Shown: positions 20,515 to 30,230 of the stretch, in pieces | Layout: each line of letters starts with the position of its first letter | Position numbering within the stretch: the stretch's first letter is position 1 | Virus record (IMG/VR): IMGVR_UViG_3300032322_001765 | Location: 62,001 to 126,000 of that record | DNA: 64,000 nt | Strand: one strand, 5' to 3' | Program-made: the position numbers and the translations under genes | The notes under the pieces: generated by a model | What the model saw: the letters and a program-made list of their open reading frames with translations, nothing else | The model's database searches: none | What the model was told of the DNA's origin: nothing

Positions 20515-23055
20515 ATGACAACAAAATATTTTAACGTCAAACAGGGTATAACAACTGGTAATGTTGTTATTGACGCAGCTACTGGTAACCTAGCTAATGT
20601 AGGGAATATAACTGCGCTAACCGGAATTACAGCAAACTTAGGTAATTTAGTAATTTCGAATCACTTTCAAGGTAATGGTAGTCAGTTATCAGGTTTAGCT
20701 GGGGCGAATATTACTGGGCAAGTAGGTAATGCATTAATATCTGGTACAGTTTACACAAATGCTCAACCCAACATCACTAGTTTAGGTACATTAAGTTCTG
20801 TTGATATTACTGGTAATGCGACTGCAGGTAATATTACTGGTGCTAATTTAATTTCAGGTAATTTTATTACAGGTACACTAACAACAAATGCGCAACCAAA
20901 TATTACAAGCGTTGGGTTGTTATCGAGTCTAACTGTCGGGAATAGTACAGCAAATGTAGAAATTTCAGTAGGAGTTAATGGCACACTAAACGCTACTGCT
21001 AATATCACAGCACCTTATTTTATTGGTAACGTTCAAGGTAATATAAGTGGTAATATTGTTGTACCGGGTAATAACACTGCTGTATTGTTTAATAATTCAG
21101 GAAATGCAGGTGCAAGTGATGCATTTACGTTTAATCAATCTACGAATGTAGTAACAATTAGTGGTAATTTAACATCAGTAAATGCAAATTTAGGAAACTT
21201 AACGGTATCAAATTACTTTCAAGGTAATGGATATTTAATTACTAATATAAATGGAAGTAATGTTTCTGGTGACGTATCAGGTGCAAATCATGCAAACGTT
21301 GCTGATAGTGCAAACAGTGTTGCTGGAGGTAATGTATCAGGTCAAGTAGGCAATGCATTACTTGCTGGAACGGTTTATACAAATGCACAGCCTAATATTA
21401 CAAGCTTAGGTACTCTAGCTAATCTTGTAGTGACAGGTACAGCGAATACAGGTGATGCACTTATAAGTGGTAATGCAACCGTTACTGGTAACTTAACTGT
21501 TCAAGGCAATACGATTTATGCGAATGTAGAAACTCTTGTTGTTGAAGATCCAATCATTGAACTTGGCGGCGGTCCAAATGGTGCACCACTTACCACAAAT
21601 GACGGCAAAGATAGAGGTACATTATTACATTACTATACAACAGCTCCGATTGATGCATTTATGGGTTGGGATAATAGTAATGGGGAATTTGGTTTCGGTA
21701 GTAACGTAACAAATTCAAGTGAGGTGATGACCTTCAACAGTTACGGTAATATTAGAGCAGGATACTTCTTAGGAAACGGTAGTCTATTAACTGGTGTTGC
21801 TACATCAGCGACAGCTAATACCGTAACTGATGGGTCACAGCCAAATATTACTAGTGTAGGTACATTGACTACACTCACAGTTTCAGGTAATGTTACCTCA
21901 GGTAATGCAAGCTTAGGAAATTTAGTTGTAGGTAATTATTTCAGTGGTGACGGTAGTTTACTTACTAACTTAAACGGTAGTAATGTAACTGGGACCGTAG
22001 CAAATGCTAACTATGCAACTTATGCAGGAACAGTACTAACAAACGCACAACCTAACATTACAAGCGTTGGCACACTAACAAGCTTAGATGTAACCGGTAA
22101 TGTAAGCGCAGGCAATATTAAGTCAGATAACTTATTATATGCAAATGGTACCCCATACGTATTCACTACAAATGCAGCAGGTAGCAATACACAAGTTCAG
22201 TTTAATGATGGTAATGCATTTGCTGGTAGTGCAAACTTTACATTTAATAAGGGAACAAACACATTAAGTGTAACTAATATTGTTGCCAATGGTGCAGGGT
22301 TAACAAGCGTCCCAGGTGGTAATATAACAGGTCAGGTAGCAAATGCATTAGTAGCCGGTACCGTGTATACAGCAGCACAACCAAACATCACTAGTGTTGG
22401 CACACTAAGTAGCTTAACGGTTACTGGTTTAATTACTGCAACAGCAAATGGTGTAAAAACTGCAAACATCTACGACAGTACAGGTACACTAACATTAGAA
22501 ACCAAATATGGTAATAATGCAGGTGACTTAGGTGTATATGGTAATTTAGTTGTAGGAACAAGCGGTACTGGTAATGTAACAGCATATAATGCTAACTTGG
22601 GTAACTTAGTACTCGCTAACTTTATTACAGGAACACTAACAACAGGTGCTCAGCCAAATATTACTAGTGTTGGTACATTAAGCTCATTAAATGTTTCTGG
22701 TAATACAACAACAGGTAATTTATTATTAAATGGTGGATTAACAAGTAATCGTAGTAATGTAAGTGTAACTACAAATACGGTTATCGATCAATTTGCTCCA
22801 ACAACATATCGTACTGCTAAGTATATAATTAGTGCAAGCGGTGACGATGGTTATCAATCGGTTGAAACATTATTAGTGCATGATGGTACAAATTCATATA
22901 TAACAATATATGGTAGTATTTGTAGTAATAATAGTGCTGATATTATTGATTTATCTAGCAACATTAACGGTATTTCTGGTAATGTAAGTGTATATGCAAC
23001 ATCAACAAGTGCTAATGCAAAGGTAAACATGGTAGTGAGTTATATTAAAACATAA
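20515..23055 (+). CDS. Fibre protein (846 aa)
   Basis: MTTKYFNVKQG anchor, seven QPNITS repeats, one knob module and a C-terminal TYRTAKY domain. AAGGA SD upstream. Confidence 0.85.
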   Translation: MTTKYFNVKQGITTGNVVIDAATGNLANVGNITALTGITANLGNLVISNHFQGNGSQLSGLAGANITGQVGNALISGTVYTNAQPNITSLGTLSSVDITGNATAGNITGANLISGNFITGTLTTNAQPNITSVGLLSSLTVGNSTANVEISVGVNGTLNATANITAPYFIGNVQGNISGNIVVPGNNTAVLFNNSGNAGASDAFTFNQSTNVVTISGNLTSVNANLGNLTVSNYFQGNGYLITNINGSNVSGDVSGANHANVADSANSVAGGNVSGQVGNALLAGTVYTNAQPNITSLGTLANLVVTGTANTGDALISGNATVTGNLTVQGNTIYANVETLVVEDPIIELGGGPNGAPLTTNDGKDRGTLLHYYTTAPIDAFMGWDNSNGEFGFGSNVTNSSEVMTFNSYGNIRAGYFLGNGSLLTGVATSATANTVTDGSQPNITSVGTLTTLTVSGNVTSGNASLGNLVVGNYFSGDGSLLTNLNGSNVTGTVANANYATYAGTVLTNAQPNITSVGTLTSLDVTGNVSAGNIKSDNLLYANGTPYVFTTNAAGSNTQVQFNDGNAFAGSANFTFNKGTNTLSVTNIVANGAGLTSVPGGNITGQVANALVAGTVYTAAQPNITSVGTLSSLTVTGLITATANGVKTANIYDSTGTLTLETKYGNNAGDLGVYGNLVVGTSGTGNVTAYNANLGNLVLANFITGTLTTGAQPNITSVGTLSSLNVSGNTTTGNLLLNGGLTSNRSNVSVTTNTVIDQFAPTTYRTAKYIISASGDDGYQSVETLLVHDGTNSYITIYGSICSNNSADIIDLSSNINGISGNVSVYATSTSANAKVNMVVSYIKT

Positions 23056-23093
23056 TTTATAAAAATTAGTAAACAAACAGGGATAATGGAACT

Positions 23094-24299
23094 GTGACAT
23101 TAAAGTATTTTAACGTTAAGAACGGCTTAACGACCGGCAATATTACGCTTAATTCTGGTAACAGTAATATTACGGCTAATAACTATAGTGGCACAGGAGT
23201 AATATTAACTGGTAATATAACTTCCGGTAACGCTAATTTAGGAAATCTTGCTACCGCAAACTATTTTAGCGGAGATGGATCACTTCTCACATCAATTACA
23301 GCAGGTAATGTAACAGGTCAAGTAGGCAATGCATTAGTTGCTGGTACTGTTTACACTAATGCACAACCTAATATCACTTCAGTTGGTACGCTGACTAGTC
23401 TAACAGTATCAGGTAACTTATCTTTTACTGGGGCCAATGCGTATTTTTCTAATATCGCAAACGTTAAAATACCAGGTGGTTCAGCCAATTATGTAATTGT
23501 AACTGATGGATCTGGAAATTTAAGTTGGGCTGCACAATCAGGCGGTGGAGGTGGTGGCACACCTGGTGGTAGTAATACACAACTACAGTTTAATGACGGC
23601 GGCAGTTTTGGTGGTACTAGTAATGTAACATATGATAAAACAACTAATACGTTATCGGTTACTGGAAATCTTGCAGTTAGTGGTGGTAATGTAAGTTTAG
23701 GTGATATTTCTAATATACACATTACCGGCGGCGCCAATGGTCAAGTAATTACTACAGATGGATCAGGTAATTTAAGTTTTGTAAGTGCAGGTTCTACTAC
23801 ATATAGTACAGTTTTTGTCGATGCGTTTACAGGTAACGGTGTACAAACAAGCTTTACATTGAGTACATCACCAACAAGCATCAATACTACTCAGGTTAAT
23901 TATAATGGTGTCATTGTATTACGTTCTGATTATAGTATTACAGGCAACACACTTTCTTTTACAAATGCTCCAGCTAATAATTCAAGCATTGAAGTTACTA
24001 CTACTAATTTAGTTTCAGGTGGTGCCGGAAGTTTTGTAGTAAGAACATATACTGGTAATGGTAGTACTGTAAATTATAGTGTAACGAATGGAGCAACTGT
24101 AAGTAGTGTATTGGTAACACTAGACGGTGTATTACAAACACCAACAGCAGATTATACAATTACAGGAACGACATTAACCTTTACAACAGCGCCGGGTGAT
24201 AGTGTAGCAATACAAATAAGAGAATTAGCTGTAGTTCAATCTACTAGTGACGTAACAACAGGAAAAGCGATAGCAATGGCAATCGTTTTTGGATTTTAA
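23094..24299 (+). CDS. Fibre protein with C-terminal KAIAMAIVFGF coupler motif
   Basis: GTG start with MTLKYFNVKNG anchor, one QPNITS repeat and two FTGNG..F modules. Hydrophobic C-terminal motif. Confidence 0.8.
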   Translation: MTLKYFNVKNGLTTGNITLNSGNSNITANNYSGTGVILTGNITSGNANLGNLATANYFSGDGSLLTSITAGNVTGQVGNALVAGTVYTNAQPNITSVGTLTSLTVSGNLSFTGANAYFSNIANVKIPGGSANYVIVTDGSGNLSWAAQSGGGGGGTPGGSNTQLQFNDGGSFGGTSNVTYDKTTNTLSVTGNLAVSGGNVSLGDISNIHITGGANGQVITTDGSGNLSFVSAGSTTYSTVFVDAFTGNGVQTSFTLSTSPTSINTTQVNYNGVIVLRSDYSITGNTLSFTNAPANNSSIEVTTTNLVSGGAGSFVVRTYTGNGSTVNYSVTNGATVSSVLVTLDGVLQTPTADYTITGTTLTFTTAPGDSVAIQIRELAVVQSTSDVTTGKAIAMAIVFGF

Positions 24300-24308
24300 G
24301 GAAAGAAT

Positions 24309-24668
24309 ATGGCAAACCCAAATATAGTAAATGTAACTACAATTTATGGAAATACAGCAGTCGCTAACGTAACTACAAGTGCGTCAGCAATTGTTACTAA
24401 CAATTCTTCAAGTGGTAAAATATATAAGGTAAATATGTTGGTAGTAGCTAATATAGACACAAGTAACAGTGCAACACTTACAGTGGATTTATATAGAGGT
24501 AGTGTTGCAACTCAAATAATAAGTAACGTTGCAATTGCAATAAACACGGCTTACACACCAATAGATAAAACATTAAGTTTATATTTGTTAGAAGGTGACA
24601 GCGTAAGAGTCACTGCAAACGCAAATAGTAGATTGCAAGCAGTATGTAGCTGGGAAGAAATTAATTAA
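24309..24668 (+). CDS. Small beta-rich fibre adapter protein (MANPNIVNV family)
   Basis: 119 aa. Clear paralogue of 47150-47506 and found in the same gene context. Confidence 0.75.
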   Translation: MANPNIVNVTTIYGNTAVANVTTSASAIVTNNSSSGKIYKVNMLVVANIDTSNSATLTVDLYRGSVATQIISNVAIAINTAYTPIDKTLSLYLLEGDSVRVTANANSRLQAVCSWEEIN

Positions 24669-24670
24669 AA

Positions 24671-27600
24671 ATGTTTAATAGTGGGTTTAGGGGTAAAAGA
24701 GCTTCCGATAATACAGGTACAGTTGACAAACAAAGTCAGTTTGTGCAACAGAAGTACCCACAACCTAGTATTACTGGGTATAGTATTCAGGGCAGTGACG
24801 ATACAGCATTAAACCCAGCCGGTGGACAAACAGTATTAGTAAATGGTACTGGTTTTGCAAGCGGCGCCGCAGTTACAGTAAATGGTGTAACAATTAGCCC
24901 AGTTACAGTTATAAGTCCAACACAATTAAGTTTTACAAGTACAGCATTAGCAGGTGGAAGTTATACACTAATCGTTTATAATAGTACAGGCGGCGCAGCT
25001 ATATTAGTACCGGGTTTGGTTTACTCTAGTGTGCCTACATATACTACTCCAGCTGGAAGTATTGGTACAAGCTATGAAACTAGACCAATTAATACTAGTG
25101 TAGTTGCAACCAGCGATAGTCCCATTACTTATAGTTTAGCAAGTGGAAGTTTGCCTAGTGGTGCAACACTTTATGCAAATGGTGTAATTACAGGAACAAG
25201 TCCTATTGAAAGTGGCAGCACAACATATACTTTTGCTATCAAAGCAGAAGATGCAGAATTACAGGACGTTACTCGCACCTTCACATTAACAGTTAATACT
25301 GATGTAGTGACATGGAGTAGTCCGGCAAGTGGTGCAGTAATTTCTACTTACGAATATCTACCAATAGCTAACACTACATTAACAGCAACAAGTGCAGCAG
25401 GGTATGGTGTTCAATATAGTGGAACAAACTTACCTACTGGTATTAATATAAGCGGCAATTTATTAGTCGGTACAGCAAACACAGTAGCAAATACAAACAT
25501 AACATTAACAGCAACAGCAAATACAACAAATAGAACTGCAAACAGAACGGCTTATATAAATGTGCAACAGGATGCAGTAACATGGAATAGTCCCGCTGAC
25601 AATACGACATATACGGTGGCTGCAAATACAGCAATTAGTAACGTATCATTAAATGCAACTAGTGCTGCAGGTTTTGGTGTAGTATATGCAGCAAATACAT
25701 TACCCACTGGATTAACTTTATCGGGAAATATAATTGCTGGAACACCAACTGCTGTAGCAAATACTTCTTCATTATTAACTGCAACAGCGAATACATCTAA
25801 TAGAACTGCTACAAGAACAATTAATTGGGTAGTACAATTAGGAAATGATCCATATTTTAATTTAACTACACTCTTATTATCAGGGGAAACAACAAGTCCT
25901 TACTGGATACAGGATGCAAGTACGAATGGTTTCGCATTAACAGTAAATGGCGATACAAGACCAGTTGCTTTGAGTCCATATAATGTAAGCTGGAGTAATT
26001 ATTTTGATGGCAATGGTGATTATTTAAGTACACCTGCAAATACTGCATTTTCATTTGGTACAGGTGATTTTACTATAGAATGTTGGATAAACACAAGCGT
26101 TGGTGGTCTTGCGCCCGGTCCCGGATATTCACGTAGTATTATGTCAATGGGTGATTTAGTTTTTTATTTAAGAGTATCACAATATCATGGCGGAACTAAC
26201 GGAGCTTTAAGAGTAAGCGGATTGACTCCAATAGATGGATCTACTGTTACACTAACTGATGGATTTTGGCATCACATTGCAGTTGTTAGACAATCAAGTG
26301 TAGTAAGATATTGGATAGATGGGGTTTATCAAACAGAAGCATCTGGGTCAACTGTAACAACTAACTTTACTAATAATAATTTAAATGTAATAGGAGCACA
26401 AAGTAATCCAGTAGAAGGTTGGTTTAATGGATATATTAGTAATGTAAGAGTAGTTAAAGGTACAGCAGTATATATAGGAACAGCTAACTTTGTTCCTAGC
26501 ACATCTCCATTAACTGCTGTATCAGGTACAAGTTTATTAACATGTCAAAGTAATAGATTTATTGATAATAGTACAAATAGTTTTACGATATCTGTGTTTG
26601 GCAATACGTTTATTTCAAATTACGGGGGTGTAACAGAAACAGATTTAACAACAGGTAGTGGTTATTTTGATGGATCAACAGATTATATTACGCAAACCAC
26701 AAATTCAAGTTATGGTTTTGGTACTGGAGATTTTACAATTGAATTTTGGTTGTATTTGAATAGTACGGGGCTACAAACTATTTACAGTAACTTAGCTTCT
26801 GCATCTAGTACTAATCCTCATATCTATATTAGTAGTACTATACGATATTTTACTGCCAGTGCTGATAGAATTACTGGAAGTTCGTTAAGCACTAGTATAT
26901 GGTATCATATTGCGGTAGCTCGTGCCTCAGGATCAACCAAACTTTTCATAAATGGCACACAATCTGGATCGACTTATACCGATGGAAATAATTATGGGGC
27001 AACTGCACCTTTAGGTATTGGAACTTATTGGGAAGGTGGTTCACCGTATACGTCAAGTACATTATTTGGATATATAAACAATTTGCGTGTTGTAAAGGGA
27101 ACCGCAGTCTATACTTCAAACTTCACCCCGCCGGCATCACCTCTTACCGCAGTTGCAAATACAAGTCTATTAACATTGCAAAATAGATTTGGTGAAAACA
27201 ACAATCGTTTTGTTGATACATCTGGTATTAATAATATTATTACACGCAATGGTAATCCAACGCAAGGTACATTTAGTCCATTTAGTCAAACAGGTTGGAG
27301 TAATTATTTTGATGGAAATAGTGATTATATTTCAACAACACTACCTACTGCAATAGGTACAAGTAATTTTACATTTGAGGCGTGGGTTTACAGAGCAGCT
27401 CAAGCCAGTAATGATAGTATTTTTACTATTGGGGGTACTGGTAATTTATATGTACAATTTTATTTAACGTATTTTAGATGTTGGGTCGGAGGTTTAAGTT
27501 CATCATTTCTTGAGTATGACGGAGTTGTAAATAATACATGGTACCATGTTGCCTGTACAAGATCAGGTTCTACTGTTAGATTATTTTTAAATGGTACACT

Positions 27601-29752
27601 AAGAGCTTCAGGATCAACATCACAGAATTTAACAGATACAACTACTAGAATAGGTGCATTAGATTTAAGTGCTGGAACTTGGTGGACAGGATATATTAGT
27701 AATTTACGACTTGTTATAGGAACGGCTCTTTATACTGCAACATTTACTCCGTCAACTACTCCACTTGCACCGGTCACAAATACTGCATTATTAACCTGTC
27801 AAACATATAGAATAATAGACAATAGTGGTAATAGACTAACATTAACAAGAAATGGTGATGTCAGTACTCATTCGTTTGGGCCATTTGGACCATCAATAAC
27901 TACACCAGTAAGTTACAGTGGCTATTTTGATGGAAATGATTCTTTAACTTATACACATGGTTCAGAGTTGGCTTTTGGCACAGGTGATTTCACAATAGAA
28001 TATTGGTTGTATGCTAACAGTGCCGTACATCAAGGTATCCTGCAGGGTGATATCAACGTAGGTTGGGGATTATTTGTTTTAAGTGGAACTCTTTATTGGC
28101 AAAGTGTGGTTAATCAAGTCAATCGGTTAACTGCGAGTGTGGCTGCATATTTAACAGCCATATGGAGGCACTGGGCACTAGTGCGGTCGAGCGGAACCCT
28201 AAGTTTATATATTGATGGGCAGTTGATTACATCAGTAGCGGACAGCACAAACTATTCTGATGCATCAGGCACTTTCTATATTGGTCAGGCTCCGGTACTC
28301 GCCATATACATAAATGGATACTTATCAAATTTAAGAATAGTAAAAGGCACCGCAGTATACACTTCTAATTTTACACCACCAACTAGCCCATTAACTGCAA
28401 TTGCAAATACAAGTTTATTGACATGTCAATCAAGTACATTTATCGATAACAGTGCAAACTATTTTACAATAACTGCGAGTGGTAATACAATACCATCAGA
28501 ATTTAATCCATTTGGAATAACTTCTGCAACAGGTGGAAGTGCAACGTATTCAGTAGCCACTATTGGTGGAAGTTCATACTTTGATGGCACAGGAGATTAT
28601 TTGACTGTACTTGATAATGTTGGATTTCACTTTACAGGTAATTTTACAATTGAAGCATGGGTATATAGAAGCAGTACAGCATATGGATGTATAGCAGCAC
28701 AGTGGGTGGCAAATTCGCCGTCAGATACATCATGGATATTCAGTGTTAACGCCAATGGTACAATTTATTTTGCATATAATATATCCGGCGCAGTTGGCAC
28801 TTCGGGTACCACTGCAATTGCCACTCCGTTTCAATGGAATCACGTAGCGGTTACACGGTTGGGAACTACTCTAAGATTTTTTGTAAACGGAGTTGTTGAT
28901 GCAAGTACTTTTACTGTCTCTGGTTCATTTGTGAATTCAGCCGGAGCCGTAACTGTTGGAATTGTTAATACTAGTGACGGCGGTGCATTTAACGGATTCA
29001 TTCATGGTCCTAGAATAGTACAAGGTAAAGCACTATACACAACGTCATTCTCACCTAGTACTACACCTTTACAATCTATTAATGCAACTTCGTTGTTAGT
29101 GACGGGAACTAACGCAGGCATATTTGATTATACAAGTAGAATGAGTTTAGAAACTGTAGGTAGTAGTACTCAACTCTCTACATTAGTTAAAAAGTTTGGT
29201 AATTCTAGTATGTCGTTTAATGGATCGACAACCAGCTTAACTAGTTCAGCAACGATAACTTCGCCTCAATTATCGTTTGGTGCCGGCAACTTTACAATAG
29301 AAGGATGGTTTTATTTTAACAGTGTTGCATCAAGAGCAGCAATAATAAATCAAGGTTGGGGCGAAACAGGATATAATACCCAAGGTGGTTTTACATTCGA
29401 TATAGCAGGAAATACTGGTGGCGCACTTTCATTAGCTGTAGGAACTGAAAATTCAGGTGCGTTTTGGTTACAGAGTATGGGATCATTTACAACTGGCGTG
29501 TGGTATCATATAGCATTGGTTAGAAATGGAGTTAATATTAGCGTATATTCTAATGGAACATCTATAGGATCAGGTAATTTATCTGGAGGAGCAAGCACAC
29601 TTGTAGGTAATATGGGAAGAATAACTATAGGCTCATATCAAAATGGCGGTTTCCCATTCAATGGTTATGTTGACGATTTTAGAATAACTAAAGGATATGC
29701 AAGATATACAGGTAATTTTACAGCACCAACAAGTGCATTTAGTCTATTTTAA
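24671..29752 (+). CDS. Adhesin: IPT/TIG + Ig-like domains + 6 LamG (concanavalin-A-like) domains
   Basis: PAGGQTVLVNGTGF (IPT/TIG) and YSLASGSLPSGATL..GVITGT (putative Ig) modules. Six units of YFDG.DY..GTGDFTIE.W..W.H.A..R..Y(I/L)(S/N)NLR.VKG. Confidence 0.85.
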   Translation: MFNSGFRGKRASDNTGTVDKQSQFVQQKYPQPSITGYSIQGSDDTALNPAGGQTVLVNGTGFASGAAVTVNGVTISPVTVISPTQLSFTSTALAGGSYTLIVYNSTGGAAILVPGLVYSSVPTYTTPAGSIGTSYETRPINTSVVATSDSPITYSLASGSLPSGATLYANGVITGTSPIESGSTTYTFAIKAEDAELQDVTRTFTLTVNTDVVTWSSPASGAVISTYEYLPIANTTLTATSAAGYGVQYSGTNLPTGINISGNLLVGTANTVANTNITLTATANTTNRTANRTAYINVQQDAVTWNSPADNTTYTVAANTAISNVSLNATSAAGFGVVYAANTLPTGLTLSGNIIAGTPTAVANTSSLLTATANTSNRTATRTINWVVQLGNDPYFNLTTLLLSGETTSPYWIQDASTNGFALTVNGDTRPVALSPYNVSWSNYFDGNGDYLSTPANTAFSFGTGDFTIECWINTSVGGLAPGPGYSRSIMSMGDLVFYLRVSQYHGGTNGALRVSGLTPIDGSTVTLTDGFWHHIAVVRQSSVVRYWIDGVYQTEASGSTVTTNFTNNNLNVIGAQSNPVEGWFNGYISNVRVVKGTAVYIGTANFVPSTSPLTAVSGTSLLTCQSNRFIDNSTNSFTISVFGNTFISNYGGVTETDLTTGSGYFDGSTDYITQTTNSSYGFGTGDFTIEFWLYLNSTGLQTIYSNLASASSTNPHIYISSTIRYFTASADRITGSSLSTSIWYHIAVARASGSTKLFINGTQSGSTYTDGNNYGATAPLGIGTYWEGGSPYTSSTLFGYINNLRVVKGTAVYTSNFTPPASPLTAVANTSLLTLQNRFGENNNRFVDTSGINNIITRNGNPTQGTFSPFSQTGWSNYFDGNSDYISTTLPTAIGTSNFTFEAWVYRAAQASNDSIFTIGGTGNLYVQFYLTYFRCWVGGLSSSFLEYDGVVNNTWYHVACTRSGSTVRLFLNGTLRASGSTSQNLTDTTTRIGALDLSAGTWWTGYISNLRLVIGTALYTATFTPSTTPLAPVTNTALLTCQTYRIIDNSGNRLTLTRNGDVSTHSFGPFGPSITTPVSYSGYFDGNDSLTYTHGSELAFGTGDFTIEYWLYANSAVHQGILQGDINVGWGLFVLSGTLYWQSVVNQVNRLTASVAAYLTAIWRHWALVRSSGTLSLYIDGQLITSVADSTNYSDASGTFYIGQAPVLAIYINGYLSNLRIVKGTAVYTSNFTPPTSPLTAIANTSLLTCQSSTFIDNSANYFTITASGNTIPSEFNPFGITSATGGSATYSVATIGGSSYFDGTGDYLTVLDNVGFHFTGNFTIEAWVYRSSTAYGCIAAQWVANSPSDTSWIFSVNANGTIYFAYNISGAVGTSGTTAIATPFQWNHVAVTRLGTTLRFFVNGVVDASTFTVSGSFVNSAGAVTVGIVNTSDGGAFNGFIHGPRIVQGKALYTTSFSPSTTPLQSINATSLLVTGTNAGIFDYTSRMSLETVGSSTQLSTLVKKFGNSSMSFNGSTTSLTSSATITSPQLSFGAGNFTIEGWFYFNSVASRAAIINQGWGETGYNTQGGFTFDIAGNTGGALSLAVGTENSGAFWLQSMGSFTTGVWYHIALVRNGVNISVYSNGTSIGSGNLSGGASTLVGNMGRITIGSYQNGGFPFNGYVDDFRITKGYARYTGNFTAPTSAFSLF

Positions 29753-29764
29753 GGATTATAAATA

Positions 29765-30226
29765 ATGACAACAAAAGTTTCAACATTAATGATTAATCAA
29801 ACCGGTAATGTAAATTTTACCGGGTCAAACGTAAGTTTGGGTAATGTTGCAAACTTACATATTAGTGGTGGTAACAGTGGACAAGCATTAACAACTGATG
29901 GTAGTGGTAATTTAAGTTTTGGCAATGTTGCAAGTTATACATATTCAAGTGTTAGTGGTAATACTAGCTTAGTTGCATCAACTAGATATATTGTTGATAC
30001 GTCAACTGCAAACATTACATTAACATTACCATCTAGTCCAACATTTGGAGATGAAATAGGTATAATAGACGGTACTGGAAATGCAAACACTAATGCAATT
30101 ACTATTAATAGAAATGGTTCTAATATACAAGGGGATGCAAGTAATTTAACGGTTACTACTAATAGAGCAGCATTTGTCCTAGTTTATTACAATGCAGCAC
30201 AAGGTTGGATATTAACACAGGTATAA
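29765..30226 (+). CDS. Short fibre with C-terminal 'YxVDT..TLP..GD.I.I.D..INRNG..IQG..LVY..GW' coupler domain
   Basis: 153 aa. The C-terminal domain is paralogous to the end of 36697-39768. Confidence 0.75.
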   Translation: MTTKVSTLMINQTGNVNFTGSNVSLGNVANLHISGGNSGQALTTDGSGNLSFGNVASYTYSSVSGNTSLVASTRYIVDTSTANITLTLPSSPTFGDEIGIIDGTGNANTNAITINRNGSNIQGDASNLTVTTNRAAFVLVYYNAAQGWILTQV

Positions 30227-30230
30227 TAAA

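Noticed and set aside
29757-29764. Perfect TATAAATA before ORF 29765
   Set aside because: It abuts the ATG, leaving no room for a transcript that includes the start codon and the AAGGA SD. Probably coincidental.
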